Positions 42,475 to 53,096 of a DNA stretch of 64,000 bases are shown here, in pieces (the stretch's first letter is position 1; every line of letters begins with the position of its first letter). The stretch spans positions 1,839 to 65,838 of the forward strand of contig PKTF01000078.1 of NCBI GenBank assembly GCA_002869275.1, given 5' to 3'. The position numbers and the translations under genes are program-made. Under the pieces are notes generated by a model. It had not been told where the DNA came from. It saw nothing but the letters and a program-made list of their open reading frames with translations, and did no database searches. This stretch comes from Ignavibacteria bacterium. GTDB taxonomy: Bacteria > Bacteroidota > Ignavibacteria > SZUA-365.

Positions 42475-44349
42475 ATGGCTGAAGAACAACACAGCAAGGC
42501 ACAGGAATTCGAATACAAAGCTGAGATGAAGCAGCTGCTTCACCTCATTATCCATTCTCTTTATACCCACCCCGAGGTGTTTCTCCGGGAATTGATTTCG
42601 AACGCCTCGGACGCATTGAACAAAGTACGTTTCATGCAGGTCACCGACGCCCAGGTGCATCAGCCGGATGCGGAGCTGGGTATCAGTATCGACATCGACG
42701 AGAAGAATCATAACCTCTCGATAGAGGACAGCGGTATCGGCATGACGCGCGACGATCTGATCGGACGAATCGGAACGGTCGCCAGTTCGGGTACCCTGGA
42801 ATTCCTTTCGGCGACGAAGGGTGGTGAAAAGAAAATGGATGGCAGCGAACTGATCGGACAGTTCGGCGTGGGTTTCTATTCCGTGTTCATGGTCACCGAC
42901 GAAGTCACGATCGAAACCCGACATGCAGATCCGGACGCAAAGGCCTGGCGGTGGACATCGAAAGGCGAAGGCACATATACCATCGAGGAAATCGACCGCA
43001 AGGAACGTGGTACGCGTATCTTTTTCAAGCTGAAGGAAGAGGCGAAAGAGCTGGCGAGCGAGTACCGCATCAAGGACATCATCAAGAAGTATTCCAACTT
43101 TGTCGATTTTCCGATCCATGTCGGCAAGGACAAGGTCAACAGCGTTGCAGCGCTGTGGCAGCGTAAGAAAGAGGACTTGAAGAAGGAGGAACTGGACGAA
43201 TTCTACAAGTTCGTCGCAGCCGACTTCCGCGAACCGCTCGACCATCTGCACCTGCACATCGAAGGCCGCGTCAACTTCAAAGCGCTGATCTTTATTCCGG
43301 GCGAAGCCCCGATGGGCTATTTCGATCCGCGTGAAGAGAAGTCGCTGCACCTGTACGTGAACCGCGTCTTCATCCAGGACGACTGCAAGGATCTTGTGCC
43401 GGAGTATCTTCGCTTCGTGAAAGGCGTCGTCGATACCGAGGACCTGCCGCTGAACGTTTCACGCGAGGTGACGCAGTCGAGCCCGGTTACAGCGAAAATG
43501 CGTGAGATCATCACCAATCGCGTTCTCGGATTACTCGAGGATTGGGCCAAGTCGGATATCGACCGATACAACGACTTCTTCCGGAAGTTCGGTAACTACC
43601 TCAAGCTCGGCATTACAACGGAATTTGCGAGCAAGGATCGCATCGTGGACCTCCTTCGATTCGAAACCAGCAAGCTTGAAGCAGGGAAGGTCACTTCACT
43701 CAAGGACTATGTCGCGAACATGGGTGAGGAGCAGAAGGAAATCTACTACATCACCGGCGAAGGCCGCGACGTGGTGGAGAAACATCCGAATCTGGAATAC
43801 TTCCGGAAAAATGCCGTGGAAGTGCTGTTCCTCACCGATCCGGTGGATCTTTTCACCGTGACCTCACTGCCAGAGTATGATGGCAAAAAGATGGTCTCCA
43901 TTGAGAAAGCCGATATCGATCTCGGAAGTACGCAGACGGAGGGGGATGAAGCGGAAGCATTGAAGGGCAAGGAAGCCAAGGATATCCTCACACGTATCAA
44001 GGAAATCCTCGGTGATCGCGTAGAAGATGTGATCGAATCGAAACGACTCGTTGACAGTGTCGCCACACTCGTGGTGGGTGACCAGGGTATGGATGCGCAG
44101 ATGGAGCGCATGATGAAAATGATGGACAAGAATTTCAGCGGGGCGAAGAAAATCCTCGAAGTGAACCTGAAGCATCCGCTGGTGAAGAATCTCGCTGCGA
44201 TCAACGAGCGCGATCACGAAAGCCCGGTACTCAAGGATTCAGTGGAGCAGATTTACGACGGCGCGCTGCTGGTGGAAGATAACCTGCAGAATCCGATGGA
44301 TTTCGTACGCCGGGCGATGGAGTTTATGGAGAAGGCAACGAGGGGGTAA
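42475..44349 (+). CDS. htpG: molecular chaperone HtpG (Hsp90)
   Basis: Bergerat ATPase fold motifs: LRELISNASDALNKVRF, GQFGVGFYS. SD aggag 9 nt upstream of ATG (MAEEQ). Confidence 0.9.
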   Translation: MAEEQHSKAQEFEYKAEMKQLLHLIIHSLYTHPEVFLRELISNASDALNKVRFMQVTDAQVHQPDAELGISIDIDEKNHNLSIEDSGIGMTRDDLIGRIGTVASSGTLEFLSATKGGEKKMDGSELIGQFGVGFYSVFMVTDEVTIETRHADPDAKAWRWTSKGEGTYTIEEIDRKERGTRIFFKLKEEAKELASEYRIKDIIKKYSNFVDFPIHVGKDKVNSVAALWQRKKEDLKKEELDEFYKFVAADFREPLDHLHLHIEGRVNFKALIFIPGEAPMGYFDPREEKSLHLYVNRVFIQDDCKDLVPEYLRFVKGVVDTEDLPLNVSREVTQSSPVTAKMREIITNRVLGLLEDWAKSDIDRYNDFFRKFGNYLKLGITTEFASKDRIVDLLRFETSKLEAGKVTSLKDYVANMGEEQKEIYYITGEGRDVVEKHPNLEYFRKNAVEVLFLTDPVDLFTVTSLPEYDGKKMVSIEKADIDLGSTQTEGDEAEALKGKEAKDILTRIKEILGDRVEDVIESKRLVDSVATLVVGDQGMDAQMERMMKMMDKNFSGAKKILEVNLKHPLVKNLAAINERDHESPVLKDSVEQIYDGALLVEDNLQNPMDFVRRAMEFMEKATRG

Positions 44350-44388
44350 GCCGAGTTAAGCGGACGCTGCGCGACTACTCTAATCGAC

Positions 44389-45141
44389 TTAGGGAGCGCG
44401 CAGCTGTGCGGCAATGGCTTTCATGATGCCGTTCAGCTGGGCAAGACTTGGCTGAGGGTAATGGCGACCGCCAGTGCCCAGTGCGATGTTGCGAAGGCTC
44501 AGCTCGTGGCTTCCTCCGCGCATTGAAATAGTGAACACCTTGATGTCGCTTCTGACACCGAGATCGATGATGGCACTGGGAGTGCCCTGATCGCTCGCAT
44601 TGTCGTCGCTGTCTGTGATGACAACCACCGCCTTTCGTACATGCGTTGATTTGCTCTGAAGCTCGAGGGTGGCGAGGTAAATGCCGTCCCACATCGCCGT
44701 AGCTCCGGTAGGAGTGAGGCTGTTCACCGCAGTACGGAGAGACTGGACGTCCGTGGTCGTATGCTGGTACACCGTGGCGTCCTGGGTAAAGAACACGACC
44801 GTTCCCTCATCGGCCATTCCATCCAGCGAATCCAGGAACGTATTGCCGGCGCTGATGAAATACTCTTTCATCTGTGTCGAGATACTACCGCTTGCATCGA
44901 ACACCAGCGCCATGGAAAAATGCGCGGGTGTCCACGAGCTGTCGCCTCCGGTCGTGTCGACAGGGAAGACGACAGAGACAGCCGTTCCGATATCCTTGCC
45001 GGGCAGAACGGATACCTGCTCAACGTACTGGTTGCGAGGTGTCTCGATATCAAGCGGTGAGTCACAGGCCGAAAACACGATTCCCGTGATCAGCAGGACC
45101 CCGAGCAAACAGGCGATATATTGCGGCCGATCAGAATTCAT
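44389..45141 (-). CDS. VWA-domain lipoprotein (third gene of the ECF sigma cassette)
   Basis: Lipobox LLGVLLITGIVFSAC. MIDAS-like DASGS motif in ALVFDASGSIS. Confidence 0.65.
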   Translation of the reverse strand: MNSDRPQYIACLLGVLLITGIVFSACDSPLDIETPRNQYVEQVSVLPGKDIGTAVSVVFPVDTTGGDSSWTPAHFSMALVFDASGSISTQMKEYFISAGNTFLDSLDGMADEGTVVFFTQDATVYQHTTTDVQSLRTAVNSLTPTGATAMWDGIYLATLELQSKSTHVRKAVVVITDSDDNASDQGTPSAIIDLGVRSDIKVFTISMRGGSHELSLRNIALGTGGRHYPQPSLAQLNGIMKAIAAQLRAP

Positions 45142-46315
45142 AGGCGAGACCGTAGGTCATACCAAGCTTGTTGGTCTGGAACCAGCTGTCCTGGAAGCGG
45201 TACATGAGCATGCTGCCCTCTGCACCCACGACAATGGCGATTCGTTCCACGGGTCTGAACTTGAGTCCGACAGAAGCGCGGCCAAGTCCGCCGAGACGGA
45301 ATGCTCCGCCGACCTGAAGCTGAAGGAAGGGGTGCACGTGCGGGAGCAGGGCATCTCCGTTGAACTGGTATACGGCCGTCGCCCAGTATGCCAGTGGATT
45401 TTGCTCGATCCGCACGGGCATACCACCTTCTGTTCCTGTCAGCAGTTGTGAGGAACTGCGCGTCCCTGTTTCAGTAATGCCGGTGAATGTTTGCGGGAAT
45501 GCTTCCTGCCCTGCTTCGAGTCCGATCGAATGGTGCTCGGACAGTGCGTACATGACTCCGAGGTTTACATTGCGGAACCAGGATTCCCGTTGTGATGGAA
45601 CTTCAGGTGCAGGATCGGATTGCAGTGCCACGTTGCGCGCGTACAGCGTCACGCCATCTGGTGTGGGAATGAGGTCGTAGAAGTAGACCTGCCGTTCGCG
45701 GATACGTTCGGGCTCGACAGCCGCCAGGCCCTTCGATGAGAGAGAGGCCACGGGATGGAAGCCCAGAGATGCCATGTTCACATCACGCATCACTGCGTCG
45801 TTCTCCACGGGAGCCGATGGAGCAGCAGCAGCGGGCGCAGCAGAATAGCGTGCGAAAGGTGCCGTGATGGGAATATCCGCCAGTGCGGGTGTTTCCTCGA
45901 TGGTCAGTACCGTCGAGGGGCTGGAAACCACGCGTTCGGGGATGGTGCTTTCTTCGAAAGCAGTGAACGGGAACTGCGTGTACAGCAGCAGAACCGCGAC
46001 CATGGCCGTGACGATCGATGCGCCTGTGATCCACCTGCGTTGCACAGCGCTGAGCCCCGCGGCCGCAGCCGCGCTGGAGGGAATACTGAATCCCAGAGCG
46101 CCGAACACGGCGGCCGTTGCGGCCGCTGGTGGATTGAAGGCATCTGTGTCATGCTGGATCGCCGTCCGTATGGCCAGTTGATCCTGCATTTCAGCCCGGA
46201 GGTCGCTGCTGGAGGCAAGTTTGCCGAACAGCACCTCTTCATGTGCGCTGTCGAGCTCACCGTCGAGGAAAGCATGCAGCATGCGGGCGTCCATATAATC
46301 CTGATGTTCATTCAT
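45131..46315 (-). CDS. anti-sigma factor (single TM) with extended C-terminal periplasmic domain
   Basis: N-terminal anti-sigma domain MLHAFLDGELDSAHEEVLFGKLASSSDLRAEMQDQ. TM helix ITGASIVTAMVAVLLLY. Sits directly downstream of the ECF sigma gene. Confidence 0.6.
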   Translation of the reverse strand: MNEHQDYMDARMLHAFLDGELDSAHEEVLFGKLASSSDLRAEMQDQLAIRTAIQHDTDAFNPPAAATAAVFGALGFSIPSSAAAAAGLSAVQRRWITGASIVTAMVAVLLLYTQFPFTAFEESTIPERVVSSPSTVLTIEETPALADIPITAPFARYSAAPAAAAPSAPVENDAVMRDVNMASLGFHPVASLSSKGLAAVEPERIRERQVYFYDLIPTPDGVTLYARNVALQSDPAPEVPSQRESWFRNVNLGVMYALSEHHSIGLEAGQEAFPQTFTGITETGTRSSSQLLTGTEGGMPVRIEQNPLAYWATAVYQFNGDALLPHVHPFLQLQVGGAFRLGGLGRASVGLKFRPVERIAIVVGAEGSMLMYRFQDSWFQTNKLGMTYGLAYEF

Positions 46316-46336
46316 CGTACTGTCATGTTCTATGTA

Positions 46337-46900
46337 TTACTCACTAATTTCCTGGATATAGGGAGCAAGAATGCTCCGGATCTTCTGCTTGGCGCGGAAG
46401 ATGCGCACTTTCACATTGGAAAGGCTGGAATCAACGACTTCTGCGATTTCCGCATAACTCAGGCCCTGGTATTCGCGCAGCACGAAGACTTCGCGGTATT
46501 CGGAGGGAATCATATCCAGTGCCGTGGTGATCAAGTTCAGCAACTCCGTTTTTTCCTGTGAGGACGGCTGTACCGATGTCAGATAATCCTCATACTCAAC
46601 CGTCCGTTTCTTGTTCCGTCGCGTGTTCAGGCAAAGATTTCTTGCGATTTTGAGCAGGAATCCAGGAACATTCGTCATTTCCCGTTCCTGCTTCGCACAC
46701 TCGTAAAAGCGAATGAAGGTCTCCTGATACACGTCCTGCGCTTCATCTCTGTTTCCAAGGAAGCGCAGACAGTAGGCATAGACGCGCCCCCCGTACCGTG
46801 CGTACAGCTCGGAAAATGCAGCCTCGGCGACCTCTTTTTCACCATCAAGGCGATAAAAAAGTTCGTCGTCCGGCATGGGATGTGTCGCGTTTCCGGACAT
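46337..46900 (-). CDS. RNA polymerase ECF-type sigma-70 factor
   Basis: Region 2 (YARYGGRVYAYCLRFLGNRDEAQDVYQETFIRFY) and region 4 (GLSYAEIAEVVDSSLSNVKVRIFRAKQKIR). Confidence 0.8.
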   Translation of the reverse strand: MSGNATHPMPDDELFYRLDGEKEVAEAAFSELYARYGGRVYAYCLRFLGNRDEAQDVYQETFIRFYECAKQEREMTNVPGFLLKIARNLCLNTRRNKKRTVEYEDYLTSVQPSSQEKTELLNLITTALDMIPSEYREVFVLREYQGLSYAEIAEVVDSSLSNVKVRIFRAKQKIRSILAPYIQEISE

Positions 46901-47191
46901 TGGCGACGGCTATGACCTTCTCATTGACAAATATTCATTCGCATATTTTGCGATTGAACCGCGTGCAAGAACAATAACACATGAATATTTCGAATGTTAC
47001 AGGGAATTGCAATACGAATGTGAATCCGGGAATTTCTCCGGCAGCACCGCATCGGGGCCAGGATCGCGCTGGAAAGGAGGCCAGGGCGATCGGATTGCTG
47101 CGATGCTGTGTGACTGAAATCGGATTTCACTGCGGGGCGTCGTATTTTTATCCGGCACTATTCAATCCAGAAGCTGTAATGTGGAGGATTC

Positions 47192-48880
47192 ATGAAAGTA
47201 TTTCCCATGCTCGTGCTTTGCACGATGACGGTCGGATTCATCGCCGGCTGTGGAACGACAGAGAAGGAACAAATGACACAGGAATTCAAAACCTTTCTTA
47301 CGGAATTCGAAGCCCGGGTGAAACCCCTGAGCAAGGAAGCCGCAATCGCGTATTTCGATGCCACGATCTCGGGCGAGGAAGCCGCGTATCAGAAAGCCGC
47401 GGATATCGAAATCGAATTCAGCAAGCTGTTCGCCAGCAAGGAGGACTTCGCGAAGCTCACAAAATTCCGCGATGCGAAGGCCATTTCCGATCCGCTTCTT
47501 GCCCGGCAGCTGGAAGTGCTTTATTCGGCTTTCCTCGCCAAACAGATCGACGAAGCCAAGCTCGAACAGATGATCCGCCTGCAAAATGAGAATGAAAAGA
47601 AATTCTCGACCTTCCGTGCGGTGGTAAACGGCAAGCAGTATACCGACAACGAAATCGAGGACATCCTCCGCAGCAGCACCGACAACGCGGAGCTCGAAGC
47701 CGCCTGGCGCGCAAGCAAGGAAATTGGTCCGGTCGTGGCCGACGACGTGCTGCGCCTCGTACGCATGCGCAACGATGCCGCCCGCGAGCTCGGTTTCGAC
47801 AACTACCACGCCATGCAGCTGCAGCTCAGCGAACAGGATCCGGAAGCAATCGCCCTGCTCTTCGACGAACTGGACGAACTGACGCGCAACACCTTCACTG
47901 AATTGAAGACCCAGATAGATACATTTCTCGCCGCACGCAACGGCGTCGCTGTCGAGGACCTCATGCCCTGGCACTATCAGAATCGATTTTTCCAGGAAGC
48001 ACCGAAGATCTTTGCCAACGACCTCGACATGCTGTATAAGGACAAGGACATTGCCGCGCTCGCAACGACGTATTTCGCCGGACTCAATCTTCCGATCGAC
48101 GACCTCGTGGCGAACAGCGATCTCTATGAGAAGGAAGGCAAATACCAGCATGCCTACTGCACCGATATTGACCGCGAGGGTGATGTGCGCGTGGTCTGCA
48201 ACATCAAGCCGACCTACAATTGGATGAACACCACATTGCATGAATACGGGCATGCCGTGTATGACAAGTTCAACGACCCCGATGTGCCGTGGCTGCTGCG
48301 CGAACCGGCGCATACGTTCTGTACCGAGGCCATTGCCATGCTCTTCGGTCGTCTGGCCAGCAATCCCACCTGGCTCACTGAAGTCGCTGGTGTACCCGCA
48401 GAGCAGGTCGACGCCGTGGCCGAAGACGCCTTCAACTCCCTGCGTCTCGAACAGCTCGTCTTCAGCCGCTGGGCACAGGTCATGTATCGCTTCGAGAAAT
48501 CCATGTATGAGAATCCCGAACAGGATCTGAACGCCCTGTGGTGGGAGCTGGTTGAGCGCTACCAGATGGTTCGCAAACCCGAAGGACGCAACGAACCCGA
48601 CTGGGCGACGAAGATCCATGTTGCCCTCTACCCCGCGTACTACCACAATTATCTCATGGGTGAACTGCTCGCCTCCCAGCTGCACGCCAAGATCTGCAGC
48701 GATATCACCAAAACCGGCAACAGCCGGGGCGAGGCCTATGTCGCAAATTCCGCCGTGGGTACGTATCTGATCGACAACGTGTTCAAGCCCGGAAATCTCG
48801 AGCACTGGAACACCATGATCGAGAACGCCACCGGTGAAAAACTCACAGCACGCCACTACGCGGCACAGTTTGTGAACTGA
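47192..48880 (+). CDS. zinc metallopeptidase lipoprotein, probably M2 (peptidyl-dipeptidase A/ACE-like) family
   Basis: Lipobox LVLCTMTVGFIAGC. HExxH in TTLHEYGHAVY and a third ligand region …HTFCTEAIAMLFG resembling ACE HEAIGD. M3/M32 not excluded. Confidence 0.5.
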   Translation: MKVFPMLVLCTMTVGFIAGCGTTEKEQMTQEFKTFLTEFEARVKPLSKEAAIAYFDATISGEEAAYQKAADIEIEFSKLFASKEDFAKLTKFRDAKAISDPLLARQLEVLYSAFLAKQIDEAKLEQMIRLQNENEKKFSTFRAVVNGKQYTDNEIEDILRSSTDNAELEAAWRASKEIGPVVADDVLRLVRMRNDAARELGFDNYHAMQLQLSEQDPEAIALLFDELDELTRNTFTELKTQIDTFLAARNGVAVEDLMPWHYQNRFFQEAPKIFANDLDMLYKDKDIAALATTYFAGLNLPIDDLVANSDLYEKEGKYQHAYCTDIDREGDVRVVCNIKPTYNWMNTTLHEYGHAVYDKFNDPDVPWLLREPAHTFCTEAIAMLFGRLASNPTWLTEVAGVPAEQVDAVAEDAFNSLRLEQLVFSRWAQVMYRFEKSMYENPEQDLNALWWELVERYQMVRKPEGRNEPDWATKIHVALYPAYYHNYLMGELLASQLHAKICSDITKTGNSRGEAYVANSAVGTYLIDNVFKPGNLEHWNTMIENATGEKLTARHYAAQFVN

Positions 48881-48962
48881 TCCCGCGCAAAAAGCGTATA
48901 ATAAGAATGGGCCTGTCTCGCTTCGTGCGGGACGGGCCCATGTTTTTCAGTGGCAGGTAATC

Positions 48963-50765
48963 CTAGCGGACGAGCAGCATGCTCCGCCGAATCGTCTGTT
49001 CTTCGCCGCGCAGAACTGCGATGTACATCCCTGCCGGAAGATTTCCGGACAGGAAGTGCGCGGTGTAGCGGCCTCCGGCAAGATCTCCGTCATGAAGCAC
49101 GGCCACCTCGCGTCCGCGGGTGTCGTAGACGGACAGGCGGCAGTATCCGGCTTGCGCCAGGGAGAATGGCAGTGTCGTAGAAGGGGTGAAGGGATTGGGA
49201 TAATTCTGCGCGAGGTCCATTGAAAGAGGCTGCGAATCCTCCCGGACTCCGACCGGTGTGTCACCGAGCACGCGCAGTGTGATAGCACTTTCGGTGTCGC
49301 CGCCGAAAGAAATACTGTTCACGGAATTATCCACCGGACCCATCACATAATTCCCGAAATCCCTGTCCTGGTTAGGCAGCAGCGCCATGCCGCCGTGGAC
49401 CTGCGCTTCGATCACATGTCCGGCGCGCACGGTATGCACCGTGGTATTCAGTTCGAACGTCGCAGTGACACCAGTTCCGCCTTCCTGCTGCAGGTGTCCG
49501 CGGGTGATCGGTACACGCGTATTCGCAGTCGGATCCACATCGAACAGCAGCACGTTGGTCTGTAATTGTGAACCTGTGCCGCTCAGCTGCAGGCGCACGC
49601 TGCCGGTGACGGCTGAAATGGTCATGTCCTTTGGCAGCGGCTCGCTGCTGAACAGCTGTGCCTGTGAACCGATCAGATTCACATAGGTGATCACCCTCTG
49701 ACTGCGCGTGACCTGTGGCCTCACACGAAGCCCTTCATCAGTGAAATACAATGGGAGCTCTTCAACCTCCTCCGGCAGCGGTAGGGCCGACATCAGCCAG
49801 TACTCCGGTTCGTCCTCTGCGTACACATGCATTTCACCATTACCGGCATCGAACATCACTACGGCGCTGTCGGGAGAAGCCACGCTCGCGAGCGACTCGT
49901 CGCCTTTCAACCAGTAATCCATCCAACGCGCCACGACGTCGTTGACGAAGGTCGCCTGCGCTGGATCCGACGGCATGCTGTGTCCTGCCGGATAGAGCAC
50001 GATGCGCTTGGGTCCGGCAACATTCGCGAACTGCCTGAGAGCGGCGCTGGGATCGAAGAAACCGTCGTAATAACTCACGAAAATCGCCACAGGTGTGGTG
50101 ACGCCGCTTTCACGCGATTTCGTGGAGGCGTTTTCCAGGTAGCTGCGCATGTAGGTGAAGTCGCCGCTTTCGCGGGCGCGCGTGATCGAGTCGAGTACCG
50201 CGGGATCGAAATTCACGCTGGACGAAAGGGTTGCGGCGGCAAAGGTCCAGTTCAGTGCATTGTCTTCCAGCCAGTTTTCCCGGAAGCGCCCGTTCGCCAC
50301 GACCGACACCACGGCCTGCACGCCCATGTCGTAGGCGGCGGCGTTCCAGGCGTGGATGCCGCCCTGCGATCCGCCCATGACGCCCACACGGTCGGCACGC
50401 ACATCGGGCAGCGCCTTCGTGAAGTTGATCATGGTCTGCAGATCCGACAGCAGGTTCTCGGAAGTGAAGAAGTCGAACATGCCTCCGGAAGCACCCTGTC
50501 CTCGCACGCTGTACGCGGTGGCGACGTAGCCCGCATCGTTGAAGCCGCGCGCCAGTGAGGCGTTGTTGTTCTTGCTTCCACCGAAGCCGTGCACGAGAAG
50601 GACGGCAGGATAGCCGCCCGGCGGAGCCGGAGTGGAGGGATAGATGTAGAACGCGTCGAGAACGACATCGTCCGCCGCGATGATCGTGGTATCCTGTCGT
50701 GTCTGTGCTTCTGCGGACAGTGCCAGCGAGGCAATCATGCAAAGGAGGAAAAACTGCTTCATCAT
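48963..50765 (-). CDS. secreted alpha/beta-hydrolase (GGSQGG nucleophile elbow; S9/CE7/CocE-like) with T9SS C-terminal sorting domain
   Basis: Signal peptide MMKQFFLLCMIASLALSAEA. VLLVHGFGGS…VGVMGGSQGG. C-terminal QNYPNPFTPSTTLPFSL…GMYIAVLRGEE CTD. Confidence 0.7.
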   Translation of the reverse strand: MMKQFFLLCMIASLALSAEAQTRQDTTIIAADDVVLDAFYIYPSTPAPPGGYPAVLLVHGFGGSKNNNASLARGFNDAGYVATAYSVRGQGASGGMFDFFTSENLLSDLQTMINFTKALPDVRADRVGVMGGSQGGIHAWNAAAYDMGVQAVVSVVANGRFRENWLEDNALNWTFAAATLSSSVNFDPAVLDSITRARESGDFTYMRSYLENASTKSRESGVTTPVAIFVSYYDGFFDPSAALRQFANVAGPKRIVLYPAGHSMPSDPAQATFVNDVVARWMDYWLKGDESLASVASPDSAVVMFDAGNGEMHVYAEDEPEYWLMSALPLPEEVEELPLYFTDEGLRVRPQVTRSQRVITYVNLIGSQAQLFSSEPLPKDMTISAVTGSVRLQLSGTGSQLQTNVLLFDVDPTANTRVPITRGHLQQEGGTGVTATFELNTTVHTVRAGHVIEAQVHGGMALLPNQDRDFGNYVMGPVDNSVNSISFGGDTESAITLRVLGDTPVGVREDSQPLSMDLAQNYPNPFTPSTTLPFSLAQAGYCRLSVYDTRGREVAVLHDGDLAGGRYTAHFLSGNLPAGMYIAVLRGEEQTIRRSMLLVR

Positions 50766-50947
50766 TCGCCCGAAAAAGGTGCTACCTGTAGTGTAATGCA
50801 CACAGTATACGAAAATCCTTTAATTGAGAATACATGCTGCGGAGAGGGAAGGACTGCTGCATTGTCCGCCCCTGTGAATTTTCCGTATCTTTGACGATCT
50901 ACGCTTCGGCGTTGCGCACAGTCCTTGCACCATTTCAGGTTGACACC

Positions 50948-53077
50948 ATGTTACGTCGTGTACACTTTGTCATCACCACCGTGATCGTTTTCTTCGCCGT
51001 TTCGCTGACAGCGGACGAAGGCATGTATCCCCTCAGTGAGATTTCGCGTCTTGATCTGCAGTCCAAGGGACTCGAGATCCCCGTTTCCGAGCTGTACAAT
51101 CCCGACGGCATCAGCCTCGTGGATGCCATCTGCCAGGTGGGAGGTGGGACAGGTGAATTCGTTTCCGAAGACGGACTGATCCTCACCAACCACCATATCG
51201 CGTTTTCCGGTGTCACCACCGCCAGCACACCCGAGCATGATTATCTTCGTGAGGGTTTCACGGCGCGAGCACGGAACGAGGAAATTCCCGCGGAAGGCTA
51301 CATCTGCCGCATTACCGAAGCATATCGTGACGTGTCGGAGGAAGTGCTCAGCGTGGTCACTCCTTCCATGACGCCTGCCGAGCGCAGTGACGCCATTCGA
51401 GACAGGATGAGGACGTTGGCGAAGAAAGAAGAAGGAGACCGGGAAAACATCTCCTGCGATGTCTCGGAGATGTTCCCGGGTAAAACCTACGTCCTGTTCA
51501 CATACCGCATCATCAGCGATGTGCGCCTCGTGTACGTGCCGCCTCTGAGCATCGGGAATTATGGCGGTGAAACCGACAACTGGATCTGGCCTCGCCACAC
51601 GGGCGACTTCTCTTTCCTGCGTGCTTACGTGGCTCCCGACGGTTCGACTGCCGCCTACGCGGAAGAGAACGTTCCCTACAAGCCCAAGCGCTTCATCAAG
51701 GTTGCGCCTGAGGGCGTCAGCGAAGGCGACTTCGTGTTCATTCTCGGTTATCCCGGCCGCACGTACCGACATAAGACTGCGGATTATATCACGCTCTACG
51801 AACGCACCATTCTTCCGTACCTGACCAGCCGATATGATTACATGATCGAGTCGATGGAAGAACTGTCGAAAAACGATCGTGCCCTCCAGCTCGAATTTGC
51901 GAACATGATCAAGGGACTGGCCAACGCGACGAAAAACTACAAGGGAAAGATTCAGGGACTGCGTCGTCTCGGACTGGCCGGGAAACGCAGCGCCATCGAA
52001 GCGGAACTGCAGCAATTCATTTCAAACGACCCCGATCTGCAGAAGAAGTATGGAGAGACGCTCACACAGCTGCATGACGTGTACACCGCCTATGAAAATA
52101 CGGCCATGCAGGAGATCGTGATCACGTTGCTGCGCCGAAACGGCTACTTCAACCTGCTGTCGTCGGTGACGAACGCGGTGGATAAGGGTGAGCTCAACGA
52201 TGAAAAACGTGAACGCATGAACAAGTTGATCGAACGGCAGTATGCCGATCTGCACTCCGATGCGGAACTCGATTTCCTTGCAACGCTGATTCGTGATTTC
52301 AAAAAGGTACCCCGGCATCTGCAGCCGGCGTCGGTCGAAACGCTGATCGGTGCGCATGCAGACGACGACGCTGCTGCCGTCAATGCGGTCAAGGAGGCAT
52401 TCCGGAAGAGCGCCCTCGCTACGGCAGACGGAATGCAAACTGTCACCAGCTGGGACCGCGACCAGCTTGCCCTGTCAAAGGACCCTTTCATCGCGCTTGC
52501 ACTCGAAGTCAACCTGCTGAACCAGGAAATCGTGGAACGGCGTCGTACGCGCGACGGTGAACTCAAACGTCTCGAGGCGGAGTTTATCGATGCGAAAATG
52601 GCGTGGCAGCAAAAGGACTTCATTCCCGACGCCAACAGTACCCTGCGCTTGACATACGGCTATATCCGCGGTTATGCTCCGGCTGACGCCACGTATTATT
52701 CGCCGCTGACAACCCTGTCTGGTGCTATCGAAAAACACACCGGTGAGGAGCCCTTCAATCTCCCCGAGCAGCTTATCGAGTTGTACAACAAGGGTGAGTA
52801 TGACAAGAAATTCGAAGATAAGCTGCTCAAGGACGTACCCGTAGCCATGCTGTATAACATGGACACGACTGGGGGTAACTCCGGAAGTCCGGTACTCAAC
52901 GCCAGGGGCGAACTCGTCGGAGTCAACTTTGACCGTGCGTTCGAGGCGACCGTGAACGACTATCAGTGGAGCGAGGATTACAGCCGCTCAATCGGCGTCG
53001 ATATCCGTTACGTGCTCTTCGTGGCGAAATACCTGGGCAAGGCCGACTTCCTGCTCGGCGAACTCGGCGTAGAATAA
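50948..53077 (+). CDS. S46-family dipeptidyl-peptidase (second paralogue)
   Basis: GLILTNHHIAFSGV (His region) and TGGNSGSPVLNARGELVGVNFDRA (Ser region). Signal/TM at the N-terminus. Confidence 0.8.
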   Translation: MLRRVHFVITTVIVFFAVSLTADEGMYPLSEISRLDLQSKGLEIPVSELYNPDGISLVDAICQVGGGTGEFVSEDGLILTNHHIAFSGVTTASTPEHDYLREGFTARARNEEIPAEGYICRITEAYRDVSEEVLSVVTPSMTPAERSDAIRDRMRTLAKKEEGDRENISCDVSEMFPGKTYVLFTYRIISDVRLVYVPPLSIGNYGGETDNWIWPRHTGDFSFLRAYVAPDGSTAAYAEENVPYKPKRFIKVAPEGVSEGDFVFILGYPGRTYRHKTADYITLYERTILPYLTSRYDYMIESMEELSKNDRALQLEFANMIKGLANATKNYKGKIQGLRRLGLAGKRSAIEAELQQFISNDPDLQKKYGETLTQLHDVYTAYENTAMQEIVITLLRRNGYFNLLSSVTNAVDKGELNDEKRERMNKLIERQYADLHSDAELDFLATLIRDFKKVPRHLQPASVETLIGAHADDDAAAVNAVKEAFRKSALATADGMQTVTSWDRDQLALSKDPFIALALEVNLLNQEIVERRRTRDGELKRLEAEFIDAKMAWQQKDFIPDANSTLRLTYGYIRGYAPADATYYSPLTTLSGAIEKHTGEEPFNLPEQLIELYNKGEYDKKFEDKLLKDVPVAMLYNMDTTGGNSGSPVLNARGELVGVNFDRAFEATVNDYQWSEDYSRSIGVDIRYVLFVAKYLGKADFLLGELGVE

Positions 53078-53096
53078 TTCTCACGGGCGGCGCACG

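Noticed and set aside
44350-44388. Inverted repeat gctgcgcg…cgcgcagc after htpG as a terminator
   Set aside because: The stem encloses a 26-nt loop and has no U-tract. It is too weak to call and may just be convergent-gene spacer.
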